Position numbers and translations under genes: made by a program. Below, in pieces: positions 1-11,737 of a stretch of DNA of 64,000 nt. The notes under the pieces were generated by a model. It did no database searches, had not been told where the DNA came from, and worked only from the letters and a program-made list of their open reading frames with translations. Source of the stretch: Blepharisma stoltei ATCC 30299 (lineage: Eukaryota > Protista > Ciliophora); the NCBI GenBank assembly GCA_965603825.1, contig CBFDEM010000052.1, positions 575,579 to 639,578 of the forward strand. The letters run 5' to 3'. Each line of letters begins with the position of its first letter. The stretch's first letter is position 1.

Positions 1-968
1 CAGCTAAACAAGTAGCTATTAAAGCTGGCCTTTCTGAGTCTTGTATATGCACAAATGTCAATAAAGTCTGCAGCAGTGGGATGTTTGCAATTAGTTCGGC
101 TGTAATGACGATCAGACAAGGATTAGAAGATGTTATAGTGGCTGGTGGGGTTGAAATTATGTCAAATGTCCCTTATTATCAACAAAGAGGAAGCTTGAAT
201 AGAGGAGACTCTGTGCTTGTGGATGGGCTGCTAAAAGATGGACTAATGGATGCCAGGTATAACATTCATATGGGAGAATGTGCTGAAAGATGTGCAGAAA
301 AATATAATGTGACGAGAGAAGAAATGGATAATTTTTCTAAAAATACCCATGAAAAAGCTAGAAAGGCTTGGGAAAATGGAAAATTCAATAATGAAGTCAT
401 CCCAGTGCCAAATTTAAAGAAAAAAGGAAACTTCATTGAAAAAGATGCATTAAAACAAGGCGAGCTAAATTTCGGAAAACTAAGACCTGCATTTAGAAAG
501 GAAAACGGCAAAGTTACAGCAGGGAATGCCTCATCATTAAATGATGGAGCTGCTATGGTCGTGCTATGTTCAAGGGCAAAAGCACAAGAAATGGGGTGGG
601 AAGTCTTAGGAACTATTATGAGTTTTGCCCACGCAGAGCAAAATAACGTTGAATTTACAACATCGCCAAATTTAGCTGTTAGAAAAGCTGTAGAAAAAGC
701 TGGGCTAAGCTTAGGTGATATCGAGCTTTTTGAATTAAATGAAGCATTTGCAGTTGTTGGGATTGTTAATACAAGGCTGCTTGGTATTGGGGAAGAAAAA
801 GTGAATATTTATGGAGGGGCTGTTGCGCTTGGACACCCACTTGGATGCTCTGGAGCTAGAATTGTGATAACTTTACTATCAGCACTAAGACAAGAAGGGA
901 AAAGAATAGGAGTTGCCGGGATATGTAACGGCGGGGGAGGAGCAACTGCATTGGTATTAAAAGTTTAA
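1..968 (+). CDS. Acetyl-CoA acetyltransferase (thiolase), 5'-truncated by the window
   Basis: Frame is open from base 3 and includes CTNVNKVCSSGM (catalytic Cys). Also NEAF, GHPLGCSGAR and GICNGGGGA motifs; TAA stop. Confidence 0.95.
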   Translation, partial: AKQVAIKAGLSESCICTNVNKVCSSGMFAISSAVMTIRQGLEDVIVAGGVEIMSNVPYYQQRGSLNRGDSVLVDGLLKDGLMDARYNIHMGECAERCAEKYNVTREEMDNFSKNTHEKARKAWENGKFNNEVIPVPNLKKKGNFIEKDALKQGELNFGKLRPAFRKENGKVTAGNASSLNDGAAMVVLCSRAKAQEMGWEVLGTIMSFAHAEQNNVEFTTSPNLAVRKAVEKAGLSLGDIELFELNEAFAVVGIVNTRLLGIGEEKVNIYGGAVALGHPLGCSGARIVITLLSALRQEGKRIGVAGICNGGGGATALVLKV

Positions 969-1055
969 TTGATTTCTGCTTATTTTTGATGCTATAATAG
1001 TCTATTTTAGAAACCTTTACATTACTTAACTAATAAAAATTGTTATCCTGTACAA

Positions 1056-3698
1056 TTAAGGGCCGAACCCAGGTGGAGGACTAATAGAAAATCCCCCAAA
1101 AGAAGAGTGGTATTTTCTATTACGATCTGGCACGAATTCCTGGAAATCTTCACTGAGCGCGTTCTTATGGCCTTCTACACTAACCAAATAAGGCCCACGA
1201 GCAGGTAAATGATGATACTCAACGCTATCCGTCCTATAGTGGGGTGGGTCAGCGCCTTGTAAGGTATTCGACATATCTTCTTCACCCAGCAACGTCTCAA
1301 TGAATTTCCGCTGTTGTTCTTCATGGCCCTCAAAATTATATAAAGGGGAAAAATGGGTATTTGGGTTGTTTTGGAGCTCTGGTGGGAGATTTGATACATT
1401 CACAACTTTCTGTTGGGGCTCGTTGACGTATAATAAATCTCCTGAGTTGGAAAAAATAGAGCTATATGAACCTCTTGTGTATTGGGAGTCGTCTTCGTAT
1501 GTTTCCTTGTTAAAAACTGACGACCTAACCCCTGCTTTGACGATATTTCTGAAATCGCCTTGTCCGGTGATAGAAAACATGCTGGCAGCCCTTCTCTGTA
1601 CAAAGTCATAAATATTGCTGCACTTATAGTCACTTCAATTGATTGGATGTCCAAACTTAGCATGGAGCATCATCTCAACGCGGGATCCTGGGAGTCCTTG
1701 TTTGCAGTCATGCAAGATTTCGTCCATGCTTTTTGAGACCTCTTCTGTGTCTGAAATTGTCTTTTTCTTGCTTGGCTTCCATATCGCAAAAGGATGATTT
1801 GTCCCTTTAAGCACAATTTCTACATTCGGGATCGTCAATAATAAGTCTTTTAGCTTAGAAAATCCTAGTTCTTGTAGATCTAAATGGAAACTAAGTTTTC
1901 TCTTAAGGTACAAAGGAAGCTGGGCTAGAGAAATCCCGCTTCGATTCTCTTTGAGGACTTCTACGACTGCGAATTGGACAGCTCTAAGCTTGTTAGCGTT
2001 ATCTTCTTCGTAGTTTTTTTTGGTCGTCACAGGTGTTCATACTAATAAAGTCCTTTGGTATCTTAACAGATCTTCGTCTATAGCTAGCTGGACCATATAG
2101 CTAAGCTTGCCTAAAGAAGAGCTCTGCAAAGTAGGCGCACAAAGCTTCAAAAATTGCGCACAGCCATATCTCCCTCCAGGTATAGCTGTAGATTCATCTA
2201 TTTTTGGCCCAGCTGAGGAAAAATAGCGCTCTAAAAACTCCACAAAGTTTTGCCATTCTCTTGTCTGCTTTATGTGGAGGACGTCGCCTACCTTGATAAG
2301 CTGGTCTACTGACTCCCATTCTTCGCCTTTAGGAAAGATGACGTGGGTGTCTTGGCCTGTGACTGGGTCATTGATGTCTCTGATTATAAATTCAGGGATT
2401 TGGTCTGTGGTAAATAGCGGCTCAGAGTCACCTTGTTGGTGCATAAAAATTGAAAAATCGATGCCTTGCTTTTCTGCTGGGGCACTTTTGGTATGGTGGT
2501 GCTTTTCTTGGTAGAACCCTTTGCAAGCGTCTAGGAGGTTGTCCCACTGTACAGGTGATGGCTTGAATTCAAAAGCTTCTTTCATACGGGACATTATGGC
2601 TCTCTCAGTTGGCATCATTTCGTCTACTCTTAAAGATCGTAAAGTCCATAGCAAACTTTCCAGGCTGAGACTACTCAGTTTCATGCTAATAAAAGACATT
2701 GATTTTATGTTCCCGAACTGTCTCTCAGTCAAATGGACTATGTCAAGCCTACTTGCAGAATTTATAAAATCCATTGTCCTATCAGAGGATATTCTGAACT
2801 TTTGGGAGAAGTATTGGACGAATTCTTTGGTTTCGTGCATTATTTGGCCTTTTTCAGCAAGCTCTTTGAGAGCGGACAGGAGTTGGTCGTGGGAAGCGTC
2901 TTGTTCAGCTTTTCTGACGAATCTTTGCATAACTGGGCAAGCCTCAAGGATCACTACTTTTTCGCCTGGTTTTAGTCCCGATCGGAACTCAGAAAATGAA
3001 TTTCGCCCTTGGACTGAAGGTTTCGAAGAAGGCACAGGGATTTTTGTTGGCCCGTCCATTTCTTTCGGCAGCATTTCGACAGGGAATGGGTTTATGGGAT
3101 AGTAAGTTGACGAAATTAGAAGTTTCACACTGGGCAAATTCGCTTGAATTTGAGCGAGATGATGCCTTATTTGTATGGCTTGGCTGCAGAGCACCAAAAT
3201 TTCAGTCAGCCCTTTCGAGCCTTCAGACGAAATGTCGATAAGCAAAGCTTCAGTTTCCCTTAGACCTTCACAAATAACAAGCTTAACACCAGCTGCTTCA
3301 AAGATGTCCTTTCATTTAATGAATCAGTCGCCATACGCTTTTATACATTCGACTTTTTGGAATTTTTCTTTTATACTTGTTATGGCAGTTTGCACATCTT
3401 CTGGGCGCAACGGTCTACACGTGTTAAGGTCCCAAAAAACAGCGACGCGGCTTGGTGGGGAAAGCGTTGTAATACTGTGCTTCATATGAGCCTGCTTGCA
3501 ATTGCTGCATATGCTGATTTGGCAAGTGTTGCATAATTGGATAGCCGGAGACCTACAGTTTTGGCATAGTGTTTGACGTGTGTGGGTTTTTCGCTTGCCA
3601 CCACGATGGATGGCGTCGTCACAACGAGGGCAAAGGGCTTCGTCACATTCTGAGCAGATAACTTTTGCCTGAATGTTAGAGCATTCCTCACAATTCAT
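1056..3698 (-). CDS. B-box zinc finger + NYN-like + OST-HTH/LOTUS protein (MARF1/limkain-like architecture), 880 aa
   Basis: Four track ORFs share one frame, separated only by TGA. B-box CSECDEALCPRCDDAIH, NYN start motif VAVFWDLNTC, IPGGRYGCAQFL, LOTUS-like GISLAQLP..LGFSKLKDLL; ends TAA. Confidence 0.8.
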
Positions 3699-4712
3699 GT
3701 TATTATAGATAATTTAAATCAACTTTTTAATAAAGAAAAAAGAGAAATTAAATACTTTAAAGGAAAATATGATTTATGTTTAAAGTTAGAAGTGAGGAAG
3801 TATTTGGTGCCTTTATAAGGGAATAGGAAATTGGGATTTTGAAAAAATTTTTATGAGCCATTTATATGGATTTGAGTGCCATTTGAATACTTTATCAGTA
3901 GAAATAAAAGAGTTTAGAAAAATGATTTAGATATGCATAGGCAGAATAGGAAAGTAATTCTTCTAAGGATTGGAGATGGTTTGAATAATTTTATTAGGAA
4001 ATTCAAAAAATATGAAAGAAAGAATTTCTTAATTATATCGAAAACCTTATTTTTAAAGCTATCTAATAATAAACCTAACTATTATGAATTTTCGGAGGGA
4101 AATTATTTCTGTTGAATAGAAAATTTTATCTTTAACAATAACAAAGAATAAGTTTTAAGATATCTTACACTTAATTTTGGAGAGTTTTAATCTAGCTTGC
4201 ATTTGTTTTGATTAAATTTTATTACTGAATTTTCAGTCTAAATGGCATATATTTTTATCTTTAAATCGAAAATAATTTGTCAAAATATTCCTCCAGCGTT
4301 TCAAATAAATATATCTATGTGCTGTCAAATAATAATTGTAACTCTCACAATCAGATATTTTTGATCTAAAAATCAGGCTATTTTTTAATAAAAACAAGAA
4401 TGAAGTTTTACTTTAAATAATTTCTTTTAGGATAAATAAGCTCCTATGATTTTTCTAGAAAAGAGCCACATCGATTCAACACTTTTTACTTTTAACTATA
4501 AGACCATTATGTGGAAGAATTTATTATCATATTGAAAATAGCTCACCATTAATGTTTTATAAGGAAAATTGGCTCCTTTTAACCAACTTCCCACAAATCA
4601 CTCACCGTTTGGAACTAAATAAGCTAATAAAATAAACTTATTTTTCTTATAATTAATCGCTATAGGAGTTCAGTAAAGCGTTCTATTATTCTCCAATAAA
4701 TTCTTTAAATTT

Positions 4713-6377
4713 ATGAACATTCTTAAACAAATCAAAGCAGTTCTCCTAGACAAAGACAGATCAGAATTATCCTCAGCTCAACAGAATAATATTTTTAAGA
4801 GCAACCAAAAATCCTCAAAGCTTGCATTACAGCAGAAAAGGCCTTCTGTTTTATTAACTAAGGAATTACCAATAAACATCCCTAAGGATCTTTCTTGTGA
4901 AGAGGAAGAACAAATCATCAGAAAGCTTGACAAGGCCAAAGATTGCACTGAGTACTATTGGATAGAAGCCCAATGGGTAAAAGACTGGGCTGGGTATATC
5001 CATGGAGATAAAGCTCCTGGCAAGCTGAGAACTTCAAAATTGAGGGATGCCAAAGGTGCCGTTAAGAAGGATTTAAAAATTGGTACCGATTACCGAGCTC
5101 TTAACAAGCAGCAATGGCTCTTTTTATCACACAAATACGGAGCTGAGTCACCCATAATTTCAGCTTCCCCTATATATTTAGAGCCAAACAGTGAAGAAAT
5201 TGAGCCTGAGGATGCTTTAACCCCTCGTTTTGATGCTACAAATTTAAAATTGCCTCCAAGCATCAGATCTGATCATTTCAGGTCGAATTCCTGTATTGAA
5301 GGAAATCCTAGCCTTAAAAATTCATTTTTTGAGGCTGAATTATTAGAAGCCAATCCATTATTTTCAATAAGAAAAGAAAGTTTCGAAATTCCGAGCGTGG
5401 AAGGGGACGTAAACACTCCGCTTACTGAAGCAGAAGAAATTGAAATTAAATCAAATAATGAGTCAGCGACAAGGAGCACAGCTAATACTATGAATGAATC
5501 GGAGCTCAGCTTCTTGTGCTCAGGACCTTTTAAAGTAAAATCTGGAAGAGTCGGGCTGGAGAACCCAGGGCTGCTTTGCTATATGAATGCAGGGCTGCAG
5601 TTGCTTTTTACGATTCCAGAAATTAAAGAAAATTTATTACAGCAAAATATAGATTTTCAAGAAAAAAATTTATTGAAAATCATGAGTGAGCTGGCAAGAC
5701 AAATTTTTATTGGAAAATCAAAAAAAATCAGGCCTGAAAGCTTTTGGGACTATATAAGCACCTATTTTCCTTTAAGCAGGCAGCATGATTTGCCAGAGTT
5801 TTTGAGGTTTATGATAAATAAACTGGAACAAGAGCTCCCAGTCTTTACACAAATTTTTAATGGGAGCACTTGTAGCAAAATTACATGCGATAACTGCTTT
5901 CAGGTTTCTAAAAAATATGAGCGGTTTATCGATCTCCAGTTCGAGCTGAGCTCGTCAGTAGAAAAAAGCTTTCTTTTATTTACAAAAGAAGAGCGTCTCA
6001 CAGCAAATTATGACTGTGATTCATGCAATGAAAAATCCGAAGTTTCCAAGCAATTTAAAATTTCCAAGGCTCCTTCATATTTATTAATCCAAGTTAAGAG
6101 GTTCCGACAAATGCCTTATCCACACAAAGTGTCAACCTCCTGCAGGTACAAAAAACGAATGAGCATTGAAAATTTTGCAACGGAAAAAAATGAATATGAA
6201 CTCTTAGGAGTTGCCGTACACAATGGGTCAATCGACAATGGACATTATTTGGCATATTGCAAACGAAGCCATTCCTGGTACCTTTTTGACGACGCGAAGT
6301 GCACAAAAGTGTCTTTAAAAGAAGTGCTGAATTTAAATGCATATGTCCTCCTCTATCAAAAAGTCGATCCAAATTAA
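4713..6377 (+). CDS. Ubiquitin-specific protease (peptidase C19) with N-terminal DUSP-like domain
   Basis: Cys box GLENPGLLCYMNAGLQ, QHD, His box HNGSIDNGHYLAY, WYLFDD. Confidence 0.93.
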   Translation: MNILKQIKAVLLDKDRSELSSAQQNNIFKSNQKSSKLALQQKRPSVLLTKELPINIPKDLSCEEEEQIIRKLDKAKDCTEYYWIEAQWVKDWAGYIHGDKAPGKLRTSKLRDAKGAVKKDLKIGTDYRALNKQQWLFLSHKYGAESPIISASPIYLEPNSEEIEPEDALTPRFDATNLKLPPSIRSDHFRSNSCIEGNPSLKNSFFEAELLEANPLFSIRKESFEIPSVEGDVNTPLTEAEEIEIKSNNESATRSTANTMNESELSFLCSGPFKVKSGRVGLENPGLLCYMNAGLQLLFTIPEIKENLLQQNIDFQEKNLLKIMSELARQIFIGKSKKIRPESFWDYISTYFPLSRQHDLPEFLRFMINKLEQELPVFTQIFNGSTCSKITCDNCFQVSKKYERFIDLQFELSSSVEKSFLLFTKEERLTANYDCDSCNEKSEVSKQFKISKAPSYLLIQVKRFRQMPYPHKVSTSCRYKKRMSIENFATEKNEYELLGVAVHNGSIDNGHYLAYCKRSHSWYLFDDAKCTKVSLKEVLNLNAYVLLYQKVDPN

Positions 6378-6452
6378 GTCGTATATCAAGCGATATAATA
6401 ACCTAATACATTATTACGAGTAATAATTCCTATGTCAAATTAAAAATTATAT

Positions 6453-9200
6453 ATGGGAACTGGATGCACAAAACTAAATTACAAACACTTAGTTGAAGTA
6501 TCTAACCCAAACCTACAACCTAATGACAGGACTAACACCCCAAACAATTCTCGGTCTCTTCCTCAGGCAGACTATGCCAAATCTCGGACTACCTCTTTTA
6601 AAAAGAAAAAAAGTATGAGCAAAGACAAAGATTTTTCCTCTTATATAGAAGCTTCTGCAGCTGAAATCGACCCTTATGCCACAAAAACATCAGAAGACAA
6701 AGATATGATTTTGACTGCTCTGAATAGTCACTTTATTTTCACAAGTTTAACTGAAGAAGACAAAGAAATGGTCGCTGAATCAATGCAGCTCTATTTATTT
6801 GAGACTGGGGCTATAGTTTTTGAACAAGAAATGCCTGCACGATCATATTATGTTTTAAGGACTGGGCTATTGGAAGTGTTTGTGAATGGAAAATCAGTCA
6901 ATAAAATCAAGCCTGGGGAAGGGTTTGGAGAGCTTGCATTATTGCATGATAACCCTAGAAGCGCCACTGTAAAATGTTCAGCGCCTTCAGGGCTCTGAGG
7001 TGTCGAACGACAAACCTTCAGAAAAGTCATTGAAGAAATGAATACACAAATCTATGAACAAAACCGAGAATTCATAGAAAAAGTCACATTGCTGCAGCCT
7101 TTGAATCCTCGGCAAAAGGACTCATTGGCAGCGTCGCTAGTTATTTATAAATACTATAGTGGCCAAAAAATCATTACAGAAGGAGAAACGGGGCAGCAAT
7201 TGTTTATTATTAAAGAAGGGATTGTGAGTGTACAAAGAGGCAGCCAGGAAATTGCAAGACTACACTCAGGGGGGTATTTTGGAGAAATGGCGCTGCTGAA
7301 TAATGCACCGAGATCTGCTACATGTGTTGCAGTTGATGGGCCTGTTAAGTGCCTAGTTTTAAGTAGAGAAACTCTTCAGAAAAACTTGTCAAATCAGCTA
7401 CAAGATATTATCGAAAAAAATACAATTATGGAAGCTATAAATAAGTCAGAAACCTTATCCTTGCTAAACAAACATCAAAAAGAGCTTATCTGTAAAGATA
7501 TTGACCACAGAGTCTACAAAGGAGGAGACGTCGTTATCCCCCAAAGCACCCTCTGCAAGCTAAAACTATATATCGTTATATCAGGCAGACTTCAATATGC
7601 AAGAACTTCTCATACCTTTGCAGATAAAGGGACTTGTGTGGGTGATCAATATATCACTCAGGTTAACCCTGAAGATGTAAAATACGAAGACGATATGATC
7701 GCTGCTTCTGACATGAAGGTGGGAGAACTCACCAAATATAAATTTGAAGTAAGTATTGGTGGGAAATATGAAGATGTTGTAAAAGAAAATGCAGCCACAA
7801 ATATTTTGCGAAAAGTTTTCCTATTTAAAACTCTTGACAGCTCACAGATGAAAGAACTATTCAGCATCATCAACACTGAAAAATTCTCTGACGGCGAAGT
7901 AATTTTGCAAGAAAAAAGTCAAAGCCAGCACATTTTTATAGTGAAAAGAGGAAAAGTTGACATTATGAGAGGAGACGTTATCATAAGAACAGTCACAAAG
8001 CACGATTACTTTGGGGAGCGCGGAATTCTATTTGAAAGTGCTGCTAGTGCTACTTGTCGAGCCAATGGAAACGTCACGCTTTGGGTTATCAATAATAACG
8101 ACTTTATCAATATTTTGAACGAAAACATGAGAAAGCAGCTGCTTCATAGAATTCGTATGGAGGATGAAAGAGCAGAGCTTGAAGACCTAGCGATTATAAG
8201 GCAAATTGGCAGAGGAATGTTCGCAAAAGTGTATTTAGTGCATCCCAGAGACTCAAAAAATTTATATGCGCTGAAGGTTGTGGAAAGAAGAGTGATTGAG
8301 AAATTCGCAATACAAGAACAGTTGTTGGTATTCTTTATGTAGCTGGAAAAACATATTTTGAACTTGTGTGACCATCCTTTTATAGTGAAACTTATAAGGA
8401 CTTATAAAGATTATAAAAGAATATACTTCTTGCTTGAGTATGTTCATGGCATGCAGCTCAGCGAAATTTTAATGAAAATCGGGCTTTTTACAAATAGCGA
8501 CACACAGTTTTACTTGGGATCTCTAATCTTGGCCCTTCAATATCTTCATGAGCGAGACATCATATATCGCGATTTAAAGCCTGAAAACATCATGATTAAC
8601 GATACAGGCTTTATCAAACTAATTGATTTTGGCACTGCCAAAATCATCCCATCCCGTACTTATACACTTGTGGGCACTCCTCATTATATGGCCCCAGAAG
8701 TGATTGTTGGGAAAGGCTACAATAAAAATGCTGACTTATGAAGTCTTGGTGTGTGCATGTATGAGTGCTTATGCGGCCGTGTTCCATTTGGAAATGAAGA
8801 AACTGACTGTTATAGAGTCTATGAAGAAGTACTTGAAAAAGAAATAGACTGGCCTGATGATATAGACCCTGTCAGCGAAACAGCCAAAAATTTTATAGAG
8901 CAGCTTTTAAGTAAATATGCAGAATCCCGAGCTGGAGGGTCTATTGATAATTTAAAAAAGCATGAGTGGTTCACTGGGTATGACTGAGATAACTTAATTA
9001 ATGAAGCTGTAATACCTCCATATACACCAAATTTAGGCGAAAAAACTGAAGATTTGCAGAATAATGCTGGGCATGTGTATATGTGGGATGCGCCACTGGA
9101 TAATGAAAGTGAGGAGGAAGAGTCGCTGCCTGATATTTCTGATACAGAACTGGAAGCATATAAAAAAAGTATTCCTGAAAACTGGGATGAAGGTTTTTAA
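6453..9200 (+). CDS. PKG: cGMP-dependent protein kinase with multiple cNMP-binding domains; 15-nt intron 8328-8342
   Basis: FGELALL..PRSAT cNMP motifs, [23 protein letters not shown] at conserved Trp positions (ADL-W-SLG 8739, GYD-W 8985). Intron GTATTCTTTATGTAG; N-terminus MGTGC. Confidence 0.93.
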
Positions 9201-9304
9201 TATATTATCTAATCAAGCAAGAAGTTATGAAAATTTTACCTTAATTAGTAATATCGATTTCAGTTTATAATTGATAAGTGGGCTAATTTATAGTTTACTA
9301 TAAT

Positions 9305-10441
9305 CTACAGTGACCCAGAAATTTCTTCATGATCTATTTTTTCTTCCTCTTCTTGGCTTTCTCGCTGTTCTTCAATTTGCACAGGCTCTGGCGCTACTTT
9401 ATTATCGCTCCCACAGCACAAGCAAGCAGAAATAAAGCTGTGGTGTTCTTTTAAGCTAAAATAAATAACAGTCCTTCTACATTGCACAGCAAGCATAGAA
9501 TTACGTGCTAAATGTATCGATTTTTTGGCTAAAATAAGTGTCCCGAATTTAGAAGCGTTATCTTCTAAATAGAAGCTTTTTCCTATAAATCTTATAGAGG
9601 AATGGCACCTTGATACTGAAATATCAGCAAAACTTATATCATTATCATGGCTTCTCCCAATAGTCAAGCATAAATTGTCAAATGCAGAAATTACCCACAA
9701 ACAATAATCATTGTTTTTTTCTCCCTTTAGATCTAATAGGATTATATAAGGACCTAATGGCTTGTTGACCTCAATTATATTGTACTGCTTGCTGTTTACT
9801 TTTAGGCTTGATGGGTAGCTGTCTTTACAGATCTCACAATGAAGCTGATGCCATTTGTAGCAAACTGAGTTGTTGTGTTCAGATACATTGACTTTTCCTT
9901 TTAGCCACGTTTGAAGACACTTATAATGAATCCACTTCATCGATCCAGAACAGCTGCAAGGTGAAATTAATGGGTTTTCGTCAGTATACATTTCGCTTAA
10001 ACAAAATCTACACACAGAGCCTTCAGATGATTTTTCATTAATCGTTGCTTTGGTTTCTTCTTTGGAACAAGAGTTTTCTATGCTATTAATTTCCTTTACT
10101 TTCATACGGATTCTACCAAATTTAATCATATCACCTTCACTCAACTTGTAGCCAGGATTTCCAAGATCTGTATATAATTCTTTTACAACAAGCCAAAACC
10201 GCTCTTGGTTTGAAGGATGAATAATAAATTCCTTATTGGATTCGGTTATTTGAGCTAAAATTCCTTCTTGAGGAGATAGTGAAGGAGGAAGAAATTTGCA
10301 TTCTTCTCCTATTTGTACAACTGAGCCTGATACAAGTGTTTTAAAAGCGCTTGATTGAGTGTTCTTAGATTCATAGTCAAATAAACCGTGAGAATCCCGC
10401 TTCCAAGTATGAGTTTTTATTGATAGAGGAAGGTTTGTCAT
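9305..10441 (-). CDS. FHA + RING-CH (RINGv) domain protein
   Basis: CRFC..PCSCSGSMKWIHYKCLQTW..CEIC; FHA GRSHDND..SVSRCH..SKFGT. Confidence 0.9.
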   Translation of the reverse strand: MTNLPLSIKTHTWKRDSHGLFDYESKNTQSSAFKTLVSGSVVQIGEECKFLPPSLSPQEGILAQITESNKEFIIHPSNQERFWLVVKELYTDLGNPGYKLSEGDMIKFGRIRMKVKEINSIENSCSKEETKATINEKSSEGSVCRFCLSEMYTDENPLISPCSCSGSMKWIHYKCLQTWLKGKVNVSEHNNSVCYKWHQLHCEICKDSYPSSLKVNSKQYNIIEVNKPLGPYIILLDLKGEKNNDYCLWVISAFDNLCLTIGRSHDNDISFADISVSRCHSSIRFIGKSFYLEDNASKFGTLILAKKSIHLARNSMLAVQCRRTVIYFSLKEHHSFISACLCCGSDNKVAPEPVQIEEQRESQEEEEKIDHEEISGSL

Positions 10442-10898
10442 TTTTTGTTAATATATTTATGTATTATAGCATAAGTTTTGAGTTGGTTGGAAGGCATAAT
10501 TTTTAGCATAACCCAGCAGTGGTTAAAGAGAATTAGGCTATTTATAAGGACTTCTGCCTTCCAAGTTCAATCCAAAGCTGGACCTAGGGATTGTACAGCA
10601 ATTATTGAAGTTTAATAAAAATCAATAAATAAAATTTCAAATATAAAATAACTCTGAAAAATTTTATATTAAAATAAAATACTTGCAAAGCAAAATAATA
10701 TAAAAATCGAATTTATTATAAACTTCTCTACTAATTTAGTCAAAATAGCCAATTTAATCAATATTTAATGAACTTTAAAATTCAGTTGAAAAGATGAACA
10801 TTAATTAATTTATTCAAGAAAGCTCACTTTTTCAAAGAAATGCTTGCATAATTGACTAAAATAGAGCGTAATAGCCTGATGAAGCATAGTTAATATCC

Positions 10899-10905
10899 CA
10901 AAAAA
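10899..10905 (-). terminator. Pol III oligo-T terminator of the 5S gene
   Basis: T-run on the minus strand a few nt after the 5S 3' end. Confidence 0.75.
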
Positions 10906-10909
10906 GTTT

Positions 10910-11028
10910 AGCTGTCAGCACGAGGGCTTCCCTGGCGGTCCCCCACCCAAGTACTAACCTCGCCTTATGCCGCTTAACTTCAGAGTTCGGATGGGATCTG
11001 GTGCGTTAGGCATAGTATGGCCGACAAC
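10910..11028 (-). rRNA. 5S rRNA, 119 nt
   Basis: Reverse complement GTTGTCGGCCATAC...GATCCCATCCGAACTCTGAAGTTAAGC...TTAGTACT...GGGAAGCCCTCGTGCTGACAGCT matches the eukaryotic 5S pattern, with complementary ends. Confidence 0.97.
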
Positions 11029-11289
11029 GAGAAATTATCTTTTCAGATCCTTAAATACCTCTTCTCAATATCTAATTTTTAAATTCGCGACTCATAAATT
11101 ATATTTTATTTTAAACCAATATATATTATTATCCTTTATATATCCTAAATACCCAAATACCTCAGATTGATTTTTTATTTCTCTAAACCATAAGGATCAA
11201 GTTAGAGGTAATCTACCTATAAAATAAGCCTTTTGTTACCAGTTAAATTGTTTTTCTCAAAATTTTGAACTTTTATTTAATAATCTAAA

Positions 11290-11634
11290 ATGGATCCAGA
11301 TTATTTTTTACCAAAAGCCTTCCTCTGTGGTGCCGGGATCTCAGCACTATGCTCCTTCTCGAGACCAGACGTGAATTTTCCTCTATTTTTATTCGCATGG
11401 CTTATATGGAAAGATAAAGGCGAGCGCATAAAAATTTTCGGACTTTTATTGATAACCTTGATTATTGACTTGGTCTGGCTTATCTTTTGGGGCCCAAAGT
11501 GGAGCTCAGACAGAGATGTGGAGCGAGGAGTTCATGGATTTGTGCTGGCGATGTCAAGTTTGCTGTTTATTTACAAGCTATTGCTGACTGGAGCTGTTTT
11601 CCATTACGAAAAGCATAACTTTTTCTCACGCTAA
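11290..11634 (+). CDS. Small multi-pass membrane protein, 114 aa
   Basis: ATG-TAA ORF with 3-4 hydrophobic segments. Confidence 0.7.
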   Translation: MDPDYFLPKAFLCGAGISALCSFSRPDVNFPLFLFAWLIWKDKGERIKIFGLLLITLIIDLVWLIFWGPKWSSDRDVERGVHGFVLAMSSLLFIYKLLLTGAVFHYEKHNFFSR

Positions 11635-11737
11635 CTAATCTATTTAAATGCTAATTATTTTACATTCAAACATCATTGTCTTCTTTTGCCTAGGCATCAA
11701 TGAGAAATTTATTATTATATCGAAAAAAATTTAATAT

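Noticed and set aside
2272-3489. Antisense ORFs here and over many other genes
   Set aside because: Shadows of real genes on the opposite strand, with no motifs.
6996-8987. In-frame TGA as selenocysteine or as pseudogene stops
   Set aside because: They sit at conserved Trp positions and interchange with TGG in paralogs.
10967-11170. 67-aa ORF
   Set aside because: Antisense to the 5S rRNA gene and runs into AT-rich spacer.
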